Notes under the pieces: generated by a model
Database searches by the model: none
What the model was told of the DNA's origin: nothing
Seen by the model: only the letters and a program-made list of their open reading frames with translations
Part shown: positions 1 through 13,740 of the stretch, piece by piece
Position numbering within the stretch: position 1 is the stretch's first letter
How the letters are laid out: each line of letters begins with the position of its first letter
Source of the DNA: Sphagnum compactum
Taxonomy: Eukaryota
DNA: 64,000 nucleotides
Assembly (NCBI GenBank): GCA_965153455.1
Contig: OZ234493.1
Span: 8,236,213-8,300,212 of the forward strand
Reading direction: 5' to 3'
Translations under genes and position numbers: made by a program

Positions 1-3000
1 ATGATGGTGTGCCCTCTCTCGACACATGGGACCTAGCTTTCTGGACAATATCAACTCCTGTATTGTTTGAAATTTCCTGTAGTAATATTGATAGATTGAA
101 TTTTCCAGCCTGAGTTCAACAATATCTGCTCTTCTGGGGATAGTGACAAGCTCTTTGAAACATTGGAGCCTGCTCTTGCTTATTATGCATTACTGTGTTT
201 TTCATGGTTCTCTGGGTTTTCCCTTGCAGGATGTACATGCAAGGTTTCGGACAGAGGCACATGTCGATGTTGTTGGACGGTTTAATGAAAGGTTCATACT
301 ATCCCTCGCATCATGTAAGGCCTGTGTGGTCATGGACGACGAGCTTAACATTCTGCCTATTTCTACCCACATCCGCTCCATCACCCCCCTTCCAAACATT
401 GAGGTATCATTCTCTGCATTCTGGAGTACATTTGACATACAAAATGGCATTTGTCACATCTTTTCATGTGCAGTCCTTTGGTCTGTTTTTTCCCTTAAAA
501 GTCTATTCTTGGTGTTGCTCAAAATTATTGAAGTTCTTTTTGAGGTTTTGTTTTCGTCTCTTTGGTCTCCTTTATTTCTGCATTATGTAGACTAACTTGG
601 TCCTCATTTTCTTTTCTGTAGTGTGAAGAAGGTCTCACAGAGATGGAGAAAGATTTGAAGGAGCTCAAAGAGTCATTACGAGACACACAGCCAGTTGGAC
701 CACTGGTGGGCAAGTGTCGTACTCTTGACCAGGTTTGATATAGCTCTCTCATCACCTACAGTCATTTTATACAGGTAGCAGATGCTGTTGTGATCTGTAA
801 TTGGGATTGGGTTTTGATTTTGATTTTGGGTGATGTACTGTAATTCCAAGTGGTGGCTTTGATGTTGACAGGCAAAGGCAGTGATTACCTTTTTAGATGC
901 AATCTCAGAGAAAACTTTGCGGAGCACTGTAGCCTTGACTGCTGCACGTGGTCGGGGGAAGTCAGCAGCATTGGGAGTGGCTATAGCAGGAGCTGTTGCC
1001 CTGGGGTATGTTGTAATCATGATAATTAATCCTCCTCCTAAGTTTACTTAAACATTATTCCCACAAGCAAATTTTAGGGTTTTCTGTAAACAGCGTGCTT
1101 AAATTTTTGATGTTATGAGTTATTTGTGGGTTTGGTCTTCTGTAGGTACTCAAATATTTTTGTGACAGCACCAAGCCCAGAGAATCTGAAAACATTGTTT
1201 GAATTTGTCTTCAAGGGTTTTGATGCAATGGACTACAAGGTTTGTCTAGTTCCATTCAACACTGCACTTTACAGATGGTACTAGGAAGTCTGTTTTGGTA
1301 CATCCTTTGGCAGGTGTCATGGGTTGAATTAGAGTAAGCTGTCTTGTGCTTTCAAGGTTTGGTCAGCATGGCTGTTAGAATCTTGACACTCTATCATCAT
1401 CATGATGGGTCTCTCTTCATCATCACACAAAAGCTTCTGAAGTCACATGTTTTGATTTTGGGAAATTGAGGAATTTCCGCATGGAACAAATAAGCAGATG
1501 GCAGCCCTATAATCTCATCTGTTACAGGATCTCAATGGGTGGCAGGTGTATGTCAGTCCAGATTATGGAGAGGTCCTAGTTGGTAAACAAGTTATTCCCT
1601 ATCTGCGGAATTTTTTTATGAGTAGCTCTCATTCTTTCTTTGATAGTTCGCAGGAGCATATTGATTATGAGTTGGTGGAGAGCACAAATCCAGCATTTAA
1701 CAAAGCTATAGTGCGAGTCAATATATTTCGGCAACACCGCCAGACCATTCAGGTATTGTCAGCTTTCATATTTGAGAGTTCATCTTTACCCAGCATTCTT
1801 ATAATGCAGGTGCTTCTTGACTACATCTGAGTGAGCTTAAATTTTGCTTGTGATTTATAAAGTGGGGTCCCTGCACTTTGAAGGGGAATGACTAATAACT
1901 GAGAGCTGTACTACATGTTTGAAATGGCAGGTTTCTAGGTTGCCCCTGACTTCTTCTAGTGAACAAGTGGTGGGACTATGTTTTCATCAGCTGGGGTTGG
2001 TTGAGTTGTTTCCTTACCTCAAGATTTTGTGCTTGTAATGGTATATCCATATATGCTGGTGGGTGCAGTATATACAGCCGCAGGATAGTCCAAAGCTGTC
2101 TCAAGCAGAGCTGCTAGTAATTGATGAGGCAGCAGCAATTCCTCTGCCAATGGTGAAAGCTTTACTCGGGCCCTATCTTGTCTTCCTTTGCTCCACTGTC
2201 AATGGGTAAGGCATCTGGTGTTGATACTCAAGGGCCATATTTCATGATCATGCTTTGCCACATTTAGCTCATGAATTGCTGGCAAATTGTACCACTTTTT
2301 GGCAACTGCATTATAATTTGTTCAATACTGCAACTGTCATGCGATGGGGTAGTTGTGTGCTTGTACAGGATATTTTGGGCTTCATAGAAGCATCATGCAG
2401 AGTTTGTGGTAGCCATTTGTTGAGGGTTCTAGATTCTGTGTCATCGGGATTGAGGTCTAGGACTTGGGCTATGAGGTTGACTGAAAACTCTTGGAGCTGT
2501 GGGATCTCAGTTATGAGGGCACAGGAAGGTCACTTTCACTGAAGCTTATACAACAACTGCGGGAACAAGGAAACAAGCTTTTGTCAAATGGCAGTGTCGA
2601 TGGTGGGCCTGTATCTGGTATTAATTGAATCCTTCTCTGCAGGTTTGAGTTGTGTTGTGCATGTTTTCTTAGGTAGTCCCACAGTGGGAAACTCTTCTAG
2701 GCAAACACCAGAGTAACTGAATTGGCTGTGAATTTAGATCAATCTTTGTGTGTATTCATGGATAAATTTTAGTAATAGCCATGTTACTTCCAAAGTCTTG
2801 TTATGGAGATTTCTCTGCAATCTCATATGTGAGGCTGTGGTGAGCAGTGGATGGTTGTGTGTGTGCCAATTTGGAATTTGGGATAACATACCTTCATGTA
2901 CCCTCAGAGCAGGACCCAGTGGACATAAACATCAAAGTTTCTTAAATATTTTTGATGCTTTCTAACAGGGCGGGTCTTTAAGGAGGTTGAGCTGGCTGAG

Positions 3001-6000
3001 CCCATACGCTATGCTGCTGGAGATCCCATTGAGGCCTGGTTGAATGAGTTGCTATGTTTAAATGCTGCCAACCACATCTCCAACATTGAAGGCAGGTCAG
3101 TTTCATGTTTTTTCACAGTGATAAAATGGACTTTGTCTGGTGGCAGTTGGCCTTTTCATCTGTCTCTCTAATCTACTGAGGATGAAATTTCTCTTTCCTT
3201 CCACTCTTCAGGATTTTGTTTTCTTGCAAACAGCAGATACTGAAGCTCCTAACTTTTTTTCATCACGTTCTTAAACAAAATGGTTCTGAATTTTGTGATT
3301 TCAGACTACCACACCCTGATGAATGTCAGCTGTATTATGTGAACCGTGATACTCTTTTCTCATACCACAAGGCCAGTGAGGTCTTTCTTCAGGTATTGTT
3401 GTCTGCTGTGGTGGAGGCTCAAATGTTGGTCTGATTCTTGAATTTGAAAATTCAGGGAAGAGTGGATCTCTTTAGAGCATTTTGAAGTGAGGTCTCATTT
3501 TCTGAGTCTAAATTTTTCGGCTGAATTGCTATACTTTGTTGGTCCTAGAGCAGTGAGTGTGTTCATCTTCATGAGAATAATGTTCTGTATAAATTTACCA
3601 ACAAAGTATAGCACACAAAGGGTCAGACCCCCTCCCAGCCCATTTTGGTTAGATGTCTTTGCTAGAGCAGAAATGCATCAAGACCTTTTCATGGTTCTTA
3701 GTAATAGTCAACTAAATTCCAAACTTATACCCCTGAATATATGTTCAGGGTTCAGGGTTTAGGGTTATTGACTTGAGTGGGCTTGGCTTGGAGGAGAGCA
3801 GAGAATGATGGCGTTGTATGTGGCGTCTCATTACAAAAACACACCTAACGATCTCCAACTTATGTCAGACGCACCTGCACACCATCTATTTGTATTGCTT
3901 GGTGAGCTTCTACAAGATCATTTGCAGTAGCTTTGTACCCTTTGTATGTGAAGTCATTGTCGTAATCAGATTGTTCAATATTTGAACCTGGGAAGTTCTG
4001 TTGAGGTTTTTGCCACTAGACATGATTGTGGATCACATATATGGTTTTTTTTTCAACAGGTCCAGTGGATGAGACACAAAATGCACTACCTGACATTCTT
4101 TGTGTTCTTCAGGTATGTGCCCTTTGTCCAATCTTACCTTCATCAGAGGGCACACCTGAAACTGGATTGAGGCTCTGTGCAGATTGAAGGCACTAATGTT
4201 CATAATGTGTTGGTGCACATGGCATTCTAAACTAATAGTAAACATTCTGCTGTCATGATGCCAACATGCAGGAACTGATTCTGATCTGTGTATCTGTTAT
4301 GCTGGTAAAGGTGTGTTTGGAAGGTGAGATCTCAAAGCAGTCTGCAATGAAGAGCTTGAGTGAAGGAAACCAGCCAAATGGGGATCTGATTCCTTGGACA
4401 GTATCCCAGCAGTTCCAAGATGCTGAGTTTCCGAGCCTTTCAGGTGCTCGTATTGTGCGCATTGCTGTGCATCCTAATGTCATCAGGGTAGGTAACTGCA
4501 AAGTTTCAAGTGCAGCTTATTTGGTTGTTATGCAACATGCAATCTAGTCAGGTGCCAGGAAGCATTAAACATTTAGCAGTCAGGGCCTATAGGTGCCTTA
4601 CTTGATGTTATGCATAGCAGTCATTCAAAGCATGCAAACCTGGTTGTCTGAGCTCTTATGACAACAACTGTGGGGTAGTGTGTGTACGCCTTCCAAAAGC
4701 ATTCATTGTGCTTATAAAGGGCAAAGAGACATTTGCCACCCTTGTTAGCAGATGTGGCATGATTCTTGATTGCCAGCATGCTATGAGTGACTTGTGTGTT
4801 GGCTGGCACATTGATATCTAGTATTGGTTGTGAAGAGGGGAACAATGTGCATCAAATTTGCAAGTGTTAATTTATGTCTTGTGTGCTGTGTGAATCCTGC
4901 AGGCTGGTTATGGCTCCTGTGCTGTGGATCTTCTAGCCAGGTGTTGTTTCATGCCTTTCAGCCACCTCACTTGGCATGAATGCAAGAGGCTTATGTGCTG
5001 AATGCTACCCAGCTTGAAGAATTTGTAATTCTGCCAAATTGATTTCTCATAGAAGACCTTGGTGCTTTCTGTTTCTGTGATTTCAATTGATTTATGACCT
5101 ATTTTATGCATATCATGCAGATACTATGAAGGGCAGTTGACAGGTCTCATGGAAGGTGATGTTGATCAACCCAAGTTGAATGAGAACCAGTCCGCAATCA
5201 CAGAAGCAGCAGCCAAGGTCAGCAATCCTGTATTCACCTCCTAACTGTCTTTTTTCACTGTGATCATGGGTAGGAGCATTGATTTGAGTATGGATTTCAA
5301 AGTATGAAGATTTTTTTGGTTTTTTGTGTTGACCCAGGTGTTGCTACTTGAAGAGAATGTGAAACCCAGGACAGATCTGCCCCCTCTTTTGATAGGGCTC
5401 CATGAACGAAGGCCTGAGAAACTGCATTACTTGGGTGTCTCCTTTGGGCTCACCCAGTCACTCTTCAACTTCTGGCAGAAACGGAAATTTGTCCCTGTCT
5501 ATGTGCGTCAGACACCAGTGAGTTCATCATCCCTTTGCAATGCCTGAGTTTGATTTGAATGTTGAAGGTGAGAGAATTAGAGTCATCATTTGAGAGATGT
5601 TTACACCTTATATACGTCAAATAAGACACCTACTCATCAAGTTTTACATGCTGAATATTTCAGAGTGACATCACAGGAGAGCATACATGTGTCCTTTTGA
5701 AGCCTCTGGAGAACGATGATGTGGATGGGAGAAAAGGGGTGTCAGGTGGCTGGCTCAATCCTTTCAATCTGGGTAAGGGCCAAGAGACAAGTGAGAGTCC
5801 TTTGAAACTGCTATACTTGGACCCAATTGAGAAACCTAAACAAATGCTGTCAGGAATTGAGCCTAAAAAGGCACCTTCGATTTTTGTAACTGAAACAAGT
5901 TCAACTGAAAAGAGGAATTTTTGTATTCCTCCCATCTTGTGGCAGAGTCATACTCAAAAGAGAAGTGTCCGTCTCCAACTTGTAGAACTGTATATGCCAC

Positions 6001-7931
6001 TCACTGCATGGTTGCTTGAATATTCTGTGCAGATTTCAGGAGACGATTTATGTCACTTTTGGGATACAACTTTCGTTCCTTTGCACCTGCACTTGCCCTG
6101 AGGTATACCCAAACAGTAACTAAAGTATTGTTGTGCAATGAATTAAGTGAGAGATCAGGAAACTAAAAGCTGATGTCTGGTTGCCTGTTGATCAGCATTT
6201 TGGATCCAAAGATTTCATTCACAGAGCAAGAAGGTATGGAGGGAGCATCTACCGAGAACATATTTGGGGGCCAAACTCCTCTTTTGACACCTTATGATTT
6301 GAAGCGCTTGGAGTCCTACTCTAACAATCTGGTGGATTATCATTTGGTAAGATTCTTCTCCCTACCCTTTCTTTAGCTTTCAGAGCACACATTGGTGGTC
6401 CATTATTATGAATGTACAGCACAAGTGGTATGTGTAGTTTGTTTCACAATCTTGGTTTTGCTGTCTTTGGGTTATCTTCTCCATGCCATCTAAAATTTTC
6501 AAGCATATTCTTCAGACTGTACTAGTCTTTGGTCCCTTGTTTCATCTATTTAGGAACAAGCAGTAATGTGTTTTATGCTCTGAATCTTGTTTCATTTTGT
6601 ACTGCATGTTTGTTGCAGATATTGGATTTGGTACCTACAGTAGCACGTCTCTATTTTCTGGAGAGGCTCCCAGCATCACTATCATATGGACAGGCAGCCA
6701 TTTTACTCTGTTTGGGACTGCAGCACCAACAACTTGAGCATCTTGAGGTGCTGGGTCTTTCCTCAATTGCCTGTGGTCTTTGTCAATGTCATTTGTTCTC
6801 AGGTTCAGGCTTAGTTCATTGCTTGGGTTAGATTCTGAGAATGCCAAATTGTAATCATTTGAACTGAAGTTCATAGCCGACATGCCTTTAAATGTTGTCA
6901 GTATGCAGAGGGGACTGCTCAAAGAGTGATTCTGAATGAACTTGGGTTTTGGTAGGGACAATTGAAACTTCCTGGGGGTCAAATATTGGCACTGTTCAAT
7001 AAAACAATACGTCGCCTTCACACCCAGCTTCACAAAGCAGCATCAAAGGATATTGAAGCTGCTCTGCCCCATCTCAGGGAGGTATGCCCCCATACTGGAT
7101 ATATCTTATGACATTTTGAAGGATATTTTCCACTGTACAGGACTTCTATGAGAAGAGTTTGTCCATATGCCTACACACCAAGACTTGGGACAATGGGTCC
7201 TTGCTTCTTGCTTCTTGCAGCATCTAGAGACATGAGTTCATCTCAATTTCCTCTCAAATAAAATGGCTTTGTTGAAGGATTCAGTAAAAGTGGGACAGAA
7301 GTGCTGAGGCTAACATTGACTTCCATTTATCGGATTGCATGCTTCAGTACTTGAACAACCTTATGCAGTCTAAGTCCTGTTAGTTACTAGATTTTTGTTG
7401 TCTCCATTGGAAGTCCAATCATTCAAGTACCTGGATTGCAGGTGACCATGGAGCCTCACAAAACGTCTGTTGATGATGATCTAAAAAGTGGTGCAAAGAA
7501 AGTTCAGGTTCGCATGTTCTGCTCCATCTTCTCATTAGAATTAGAATTAGAGTTGTGATGTTCCCTCTTGTTTCACTGGCAATCAGTATTTAGCCAACAG
7601 GTTAAGCTCTCATGAGAATCTCTGTTGAAGAATTGTGACTGCTTACTGTGACTTTTTCCCAATCTCACAGGAAGACATGAGGGAGAAGATGGAGGTCATG
7701 CTGGACCCGGATAAGCTGCAGCAATTTGCCATTGCGGGAACAGAAGCAGAATTTGATGAAGCTCTTGCTGGTGGGAAACTTCCTCATAGTGGCTTGCTCA
7801 GTGTAAAGTCCTCAGGTGCAAAGAAGGCTGACAGAAAGGAAAAAACGAAAGGGGGAAAAGCTGGTAAGGAGAAGCGGAAAACAGATACATCCAAACGACC
7901 AGCTTCAAAGAAAGCTAGGAAACAAACCTGA
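1..7931 (+). CDS. NAT10: RNA cytidine acetyltransferase (NAT10/Kre33), 5' part lies upstream of the window
   Basis: GT-AG exons join in frame: <1-6, 230-403, 622-732, 872-1005, 1146-1239, 1654-1752, 2069-2205, 2511-2617, 2969-3095, 3305-3392, 3802-3901, 4060-4112, 4311-4487, 4903-4940, 5121-5217, 5338-5517, 5664-5771, 6033-6102, 6196-6346, 6619-6747, 6956-7081, 7442-7507, 7671-7931. Motifs: DVHARFRTE, RFNERFILSL, Walker A AARGRGKSAALG, IDEAAAIP, GYEGTGRSLSLKL, SHYKNTPNDLQLMSDAPAH, GNAT RIVRIAVHP..GYG, lysine-rich C-terminus. Confidence 0.96.
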
Positions 7932-9994
7932 GTGCAAGATACTCTATTTTCAACAACCAGAGATTCTTTGTGTGATTATTTCCTGGGAAACTTTTTGGTC
8001 TTTTGTTGTATCAAGTCTTGGCCTAGAGAAATGCTTGAGTAAGTTTAGGTGATGGGTTTGAAACCTTTGCAAGTACATTTGGAAGTTTAGTCTATCTTGC
8101 ACTATTAGTACAGAGGCAAACACGAAATTTTGTCCTGCACCGAGCATTTAGGGCTTTCACAATTTGGGTTCTTCCAATTCTGAGTGTCAAATTATATGCT
8201 GTGGTATATCTAGGAGGTAACAAGGACTAACTTATACAGAACCCTGCTATGTCAGTTAACAAGATCTCTTTGATGCTAGTGTCATGAGTGTTCCTTTACT
8301 TCTGGAAATGCGACAGAATCAATCAGTATGTGGATTTTGTAATGATTGTTTGCCAAAGATTTTCAGCAAATTATCATATACCACTTGTGGATGTTGGGAG
8401 CTGACAAAGTTGCTGGGGAGTCATGACACCTAGTCATTGCTATAGATGTTGAAGGTGATGGGCTGATACTGTGTGAGTGACACTCAGAAGGACATGACAC
8501 TAGTTCTTGTCATCTTGTTGTTGGTTTCACTGGAACTGACTCAACAATTACCACCAAAGTGTTATTGTGGAGTTCCTTTGTAATCTCATAGGCATGTGTA
8601 ATTAAATAGATTTCTGTATGACTCTGAAGATCACCAGGGCACTTCACTTGATATAACCATTGAACCACACTGATATTTGAAGCCTTCAATTCTGCCCTCT
8701 TGTTTGAAGTTTGCAGAGGCAGGGTGGGGTCAATTCCATGTTGGGTTTTCCTTCACACAGAATTAAGGCGTTGACAACTGAAGGTGCACTGTTGCAGTGA
8801 CTCTTCTGTGCTCTTCAAAGCTTATTGAAGCACATACTTTGAAAGTTTGTAAGACATCGATAACAAATCAAAGTGGCCATGCACCTTTAGTATTACTCAC
8901 TACCTATTAAAATCTTGGATCGTGAATCTTGTGGGATGAGACCAAAGTGAGGCCAACTTTGTTTACAAACTATGCGAAAACTCTATTGCAAGCAAAATGA
9001 AATGATGTTTAAGAATAATTGATTACATCTCCATTTTTTCCCATCTTCCATTGTGAATCTCTCATGTTTTTTTCTTTGGTGTTATGGTAGTATTGTGATT
9101 CATCAACAACCTTACAAATGATGGTAACTATGATGCATAGATCGATGCATAGACCAAATCTAATATTTATTCAAAGTCTACCATCATAATTCATTAATAA
9201 GATCCGATGGAATCTCATGCAACCTAATAATAATAGTAAGTGCCATAATTAGTTTGATTGGGCGATGGTCATAAAAAAAAAGAGAGAATCTTTTATTAGA
9301 TTCAATCGACCAATTTTTCTTAATTCACATTTTTGTTGGAAATTGTTTTAATGCAATTCTTTACGTATATATATATTCGAAAAATGTAAGATCTACACCT
9401 ATGCAGTGAGATTTCCACCTATGCAATATAATTATCTATAAAAAAAGATAATTTTTTATAATTTTTGGATAACTTGTTTATAATTTTTGATAAATAAGCA
9501 TGATATTTAATATATTTTTTTTTTCTTTGATTTTTCTCAAAAAAAAAGCTAAGTGAATATTCTGTAGGAAATATTCTGTACCAATTCTGTAGGAAATAGG
9601 TCTCATATATATAGGTAGGTAGGTAGGAAAATAGGTAACTAGTAGGTAAGTAGATGGTTTATACATAGGTAAGGGTTTAGGGTTTCTCTCTCTCTCTCTC
9701 TCTCTCTTCTTCTGTGCTGTGTTGTGCTGTGTTGTGCTGTGAAGCACCTTTTCCTGTTCAGCAGCAGCACCACTGTAAAGCTCAAAGACGCTTCTCCCAT
9801 CTCTTGGGTGCGGATGATCGTGGAATTATGCGTACAACCCACAGAGAGAGAGAAACAATGCTTCTCGGAGTTGCAGTTGAAATCAGCATTCATGACATAC
9901 ATACACAGAGAGTTTTGCGTTAATGTGTGCTGAGAAGGTTGGTTTTGTTCTTCTTAACCCTAAACCCTAAACCCTCTCCTGCTGAGTCCTGCAG

Positions 9995-11722
9995 CAACTT
10001 GACACCAGGTCCCGGAACAGAGCGGCACTGGGGTGTGTTGTACCCCAATGGTACCAGTGTGTATCCCGTCGACATGACCGGCCAGTTAGCCAATTCTCAG
10101 TATGCGCCCTTCTCCAATGCTGTTCCTGCTGCAGCAATCGCCACTACGGATCTTCCTCCTCCCATATTGGAGCCGATCGGATCAAGTGGAACTGGTTTAA
10201 ACTGAACTGGACCAACTGGATCAAGTCAGAGGACTGGATTGAGTGGGACTGGATTGAGTTGGGTTGGATTGGGTCGAGTTGGACTGGATTGGGTGGGAAT
10301 TGGTGTGTGGTGAATGATCATGGTGTAAGCTCTGGAGCTTTGCAAGCGGTGTTGGATTATGCCTGCTGTGGAGCTGTTGCTGCAGATTGTGTGGCCATTT
10401 GAACAGGGGGTGCTTGCTTCAACCTAATACTCTGCTGGCTCATTTGTCTTACGCTTTCAACAGCTACTGACACAAGTACGAGAGCATTGGAGGGACACGT
10501 GATCTCAGCAGGGTTTCAACCATCACAACAAGTGATCCAAGTAAGTATGTAAGGAAGCAAGTGCCATGGCAGCCAGCAGGGTTTAGGGTTGAAACCTAAA
10601 CCCTAAAACCCTTCTTCTCTTCTGCAAATTGGTTTGTTGATGATGATTGCAGCTGTTTGTTGGATTCTTGACTATTGCATTTTTTTTGGGTTGATTCTTG
10701 ATTGCGTTCGGTTGTTGATTTGTTGATTGCATTGCTTTGTTGATTGTCAATTGCAGTGGTTTGTTGATTCAGTGTTGATTGCAGAGGTTAGTTTGTTGGG
10801 TTTAGGGTTTATTGATTCATTGTTGATTGCAGTGGTTTGTTGATTGATTGTCATTGCATTGGTTTTTTGTGAGGGAGGGGAATTTGATTTTCTTTCTTTC
10901 TGATGGATTTGCTGGTCTATCAATATCTCCTTTTGTCTCTTCTTTCCCTGCTCTCTCTTACTTGCTTTCAGTAACATTTTGCTCAGGTGATTCCTTGTAG
11001 CATTCAAATACTGCACTGGGTTGAACAAGCAAAGTAGGAGGGGCATTCAGTTCTGTTGTGGGTTGTGTGGTGGGTGCTCTTATCCATCCTCTCTTGGCTC
11101 CTCTTTTCCCTTCTATCGCTCACTTTCAGCTGAGGCAATTCTATGTAGTATTTGAACAGCATTTTTCTAATTGATGGTGTCTCTCCTTTCACCTTGGATG
11201 TGGTCGATAATGGGTTGCTAATATTTGTGTCTAGATGGCATAAACAAAGGTGCAAGCACAGAATAGAGAACCACTATGTGCAGCTGGGGATTGGAAATTT
11301 GTCTTTACAAGAGATTTGTTTTCAGAACTGTTAAAAGGAAGAAATTTATCAGAGACCCTAATAATGTCAGCAGTTTGAGATTCGATACTTTGATTGAAAT
11401 CTGCTCCTGTGTTTCGGTGAGCTCCAGTGATGAAATTCACAAGTCATAAAGCTTGTACAAAAAGATCATGTGTAATGTAATCAAACTTTGACCAGTGTTA
11501 TATGTTTGTGCAATTATAGACAATGATTCTAGTTGGGTTTAGGTTTCTGTTCCTTAACAGACTACAGATTCTAAAGACCCATCTCATTTAGCATTTAAGT
11601 ATAGACTGTGTTCCTGTGAAGAGAAGGGATATGAATAAAGTGAGCTGATGTTTGATCTTGGGTTGCTGTTTTTGATGACATTTGTTACAGGTTACGGCTC
11701 TTGCATATATGAGACAGACTAG
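9995..11722 (+). pseudogene. Glucan endo-1,3-beta-glucosidase (GH17 C-terminal end + X8/CBM43 domain) pseudogene fragment
   Basis: NLTPGPGTERHWGVLYPNGTSVYPVD resembles the end of a GH17 catalytic domain. After a G/T/S linker comes an X8 pattern: WCVV..ALQAVLDYAC..ADC..I*.GGACF/fs/PNTLLAHLSYAFNSY*..TTSDP|gtaagt. A final exon at 11691-11722 reads SYGSCIYETD*. Stops at ~10203, ~10399, ~10468 plus frameshifts. Confidence 0.85.
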
Positions 11723-12899
11723 GCCCAATTAGGGACATGCATGCAATTTATTGTGACATGTTAGAAACTTGTGTACCACAGGATTCACAGCAGAAATCTT
11801 GTTGTTTCTCCAAATTTTTGTGGTGATCCAAATTTTTATGGGTTTTGAAAATTGTTGGGCCATGTATTCCATCACCTTCCTGAAGCACCCAAATGCAGAG
11901 GTATGTGGAGATATTATAGAACATTTAGTGAAGCTGCTGTAATTTAAACCATTGGTGGTGATGTTTGTAGGAAAACAAAAGAGGTGTTGAATAGGGGACT
12001 GAACAGGTTTTGTCACCTAAATTGGTGCTCAGGGGAGTTCATGTTACCTGCAAACCTCATCAAACTATTAGCTGATACAATATTGCATCCTTAGCTCATT
12101 CAACTTGGCAAAGTATCACAGCCTGCAAAACCATTTTCATGCAACAATGTCAGCTAAAGGAGAGTACTGCAGTCAGTGTACAAGAATCTCCCTGCTGATA
12201 TGGCAATCCAAGTTTTAGTGGAGGTCATGCCAGACTATCTCCAGCCCAGAGGCAGGCTTACAAAGATATTCAATGTATTCACACCACATATTGGATCATC
12301 CTTTTGCAGTTATTAGAACCAACAAAAAAGTGGATAGAATGTGCTTTCTGGCTCCTTGGCCTCTCTCAGTTGCATGGAAGTTAAGCAACTGGAAGTGGCT
12401 TCAGAGATCCCTCAGCAGGAGGAAGTAGCATGGTGGTGATACACTGGTACTCACTTTAGGAATGTTTGCAGCAAAGGCTGTTTAGCACAGCTTCAACATA
12501 GTCTTGCACTTCTTGAGCCATAAATGTAACCTCTTCTTTTGGGTCCACAGATCTGTGTCCAATATTCCTGATTCCTGTGGAAAAGCCCATCATGACTCCA
12601 TCAATGTACCTCAGCAGAATTAGTGCTGAAGGGAGTGGTGTTGAGGTTCACACATTTGCCCAGAACATTCTGAAAAGAACTGGAAAATGAGGGATGACTT
12701 TGTTGCTACTTATCAGAACAAAGACTGCAATATCACTGCACAAAATGTTCCAAATCTCCATGTAAGAACGATGCTACTACTACAATCTGTGCAGAAACCT
12801 GAGTACTTGAAGTGCAAGCCATATGCCCATTGAAAGAAACCAGTGATTAACATGGGGTGATCTGCAACGTGACTAGCACCCTGTTAATCTCACAACTTA

Positions 12900-13740
12900 A
12901 TCCTTCTAAAAAGGTTAAGCAGAAGATGGTTGTAGTTTGGATTTACCACAGAACCATCTGCAATATCAGCCTCAGTTGAAATGTTGTCAGATTCATTCTT
13001 CAGAGAGATTCCATACAACTCTTGAACTTTCCCGTTGGTTCTAATTTCTCTGCTATGTTTTCAGCCTTCAGTACAATGGAATATTGAGCTGCCCCACTGA
13101 CACCACCACATATGTTGAATACTGGTGGTATTTGGCAGCTCTGGTTTTGCTAGTTTAGTGTCAAACCATGAGTATGCTTTCAATTCATCATAAGTTAATG
13201 AATTGCAAGCAACGCTGACAAACCCCAGCACTTGTTCCAATCACCATTCTTTACACTTCTCTTCAGTAAAAAATAGCCTGTTAAGACACATGAGTGAAAT
13301 CTACTTCAGAGTTTCATCTGCTGTTACTCCAAAGACCAAATCTGCCACATCCTTCAGAAAAACAAAGGTTAAAACCTGCAGAATGGTCGCCAATGGTCTT
13401 TAAGGTTGAAGGTATATATATCCTTGCCAACTTTTTCTTTCATAGACTTCATGCTTTCCTTCAGGCTGAAGCCAGATTTGTTGGAGCAGTTCACACAGCC
13501 ATATACCAAATGGCTAGGAACTGAGATCCACAGACAAGAATAACTACCAAACAAGACAAAGATGCCTAATGAAGGATCTAGCAAACACAATCCACCAGGA
13601 GTAATCAACTGCTGCCACTCAACACACATGGGCACTGTTTGAACAGACATCAAACCTTCCAATGCTCAATTTTCGAAAGTCTCTTTGCACTGAGGTTTAC
13701 TGCCTGCTTTTGAACTAACTACTGGAACCACAGGCAACAT
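12900..13740 (-). pseudogene. Degraded RPA1 C-terminal-like (OB-fold/zinc ribbon) coding sequence
   Basis: With frameshifts the minus strand reads ILSVDLSS*P.WYMA/CVNCSNK...IYTFNLK/TIGDHSAGFNLCF/LKDVADLVFGVTADE, resembling the RPA70 DBD-C pattern WYxACxxC..Y..I.DHTG....F...A..LFG.TA.E. Many stops; boundaries approximate. Confidence 0.5.

Noticed and set aside
8200-9000. Moderately GC-rich sequence downstream of NAT10 that looks coding
   Set aside because: No frame gave a recognisable protein; all have frequent stops.
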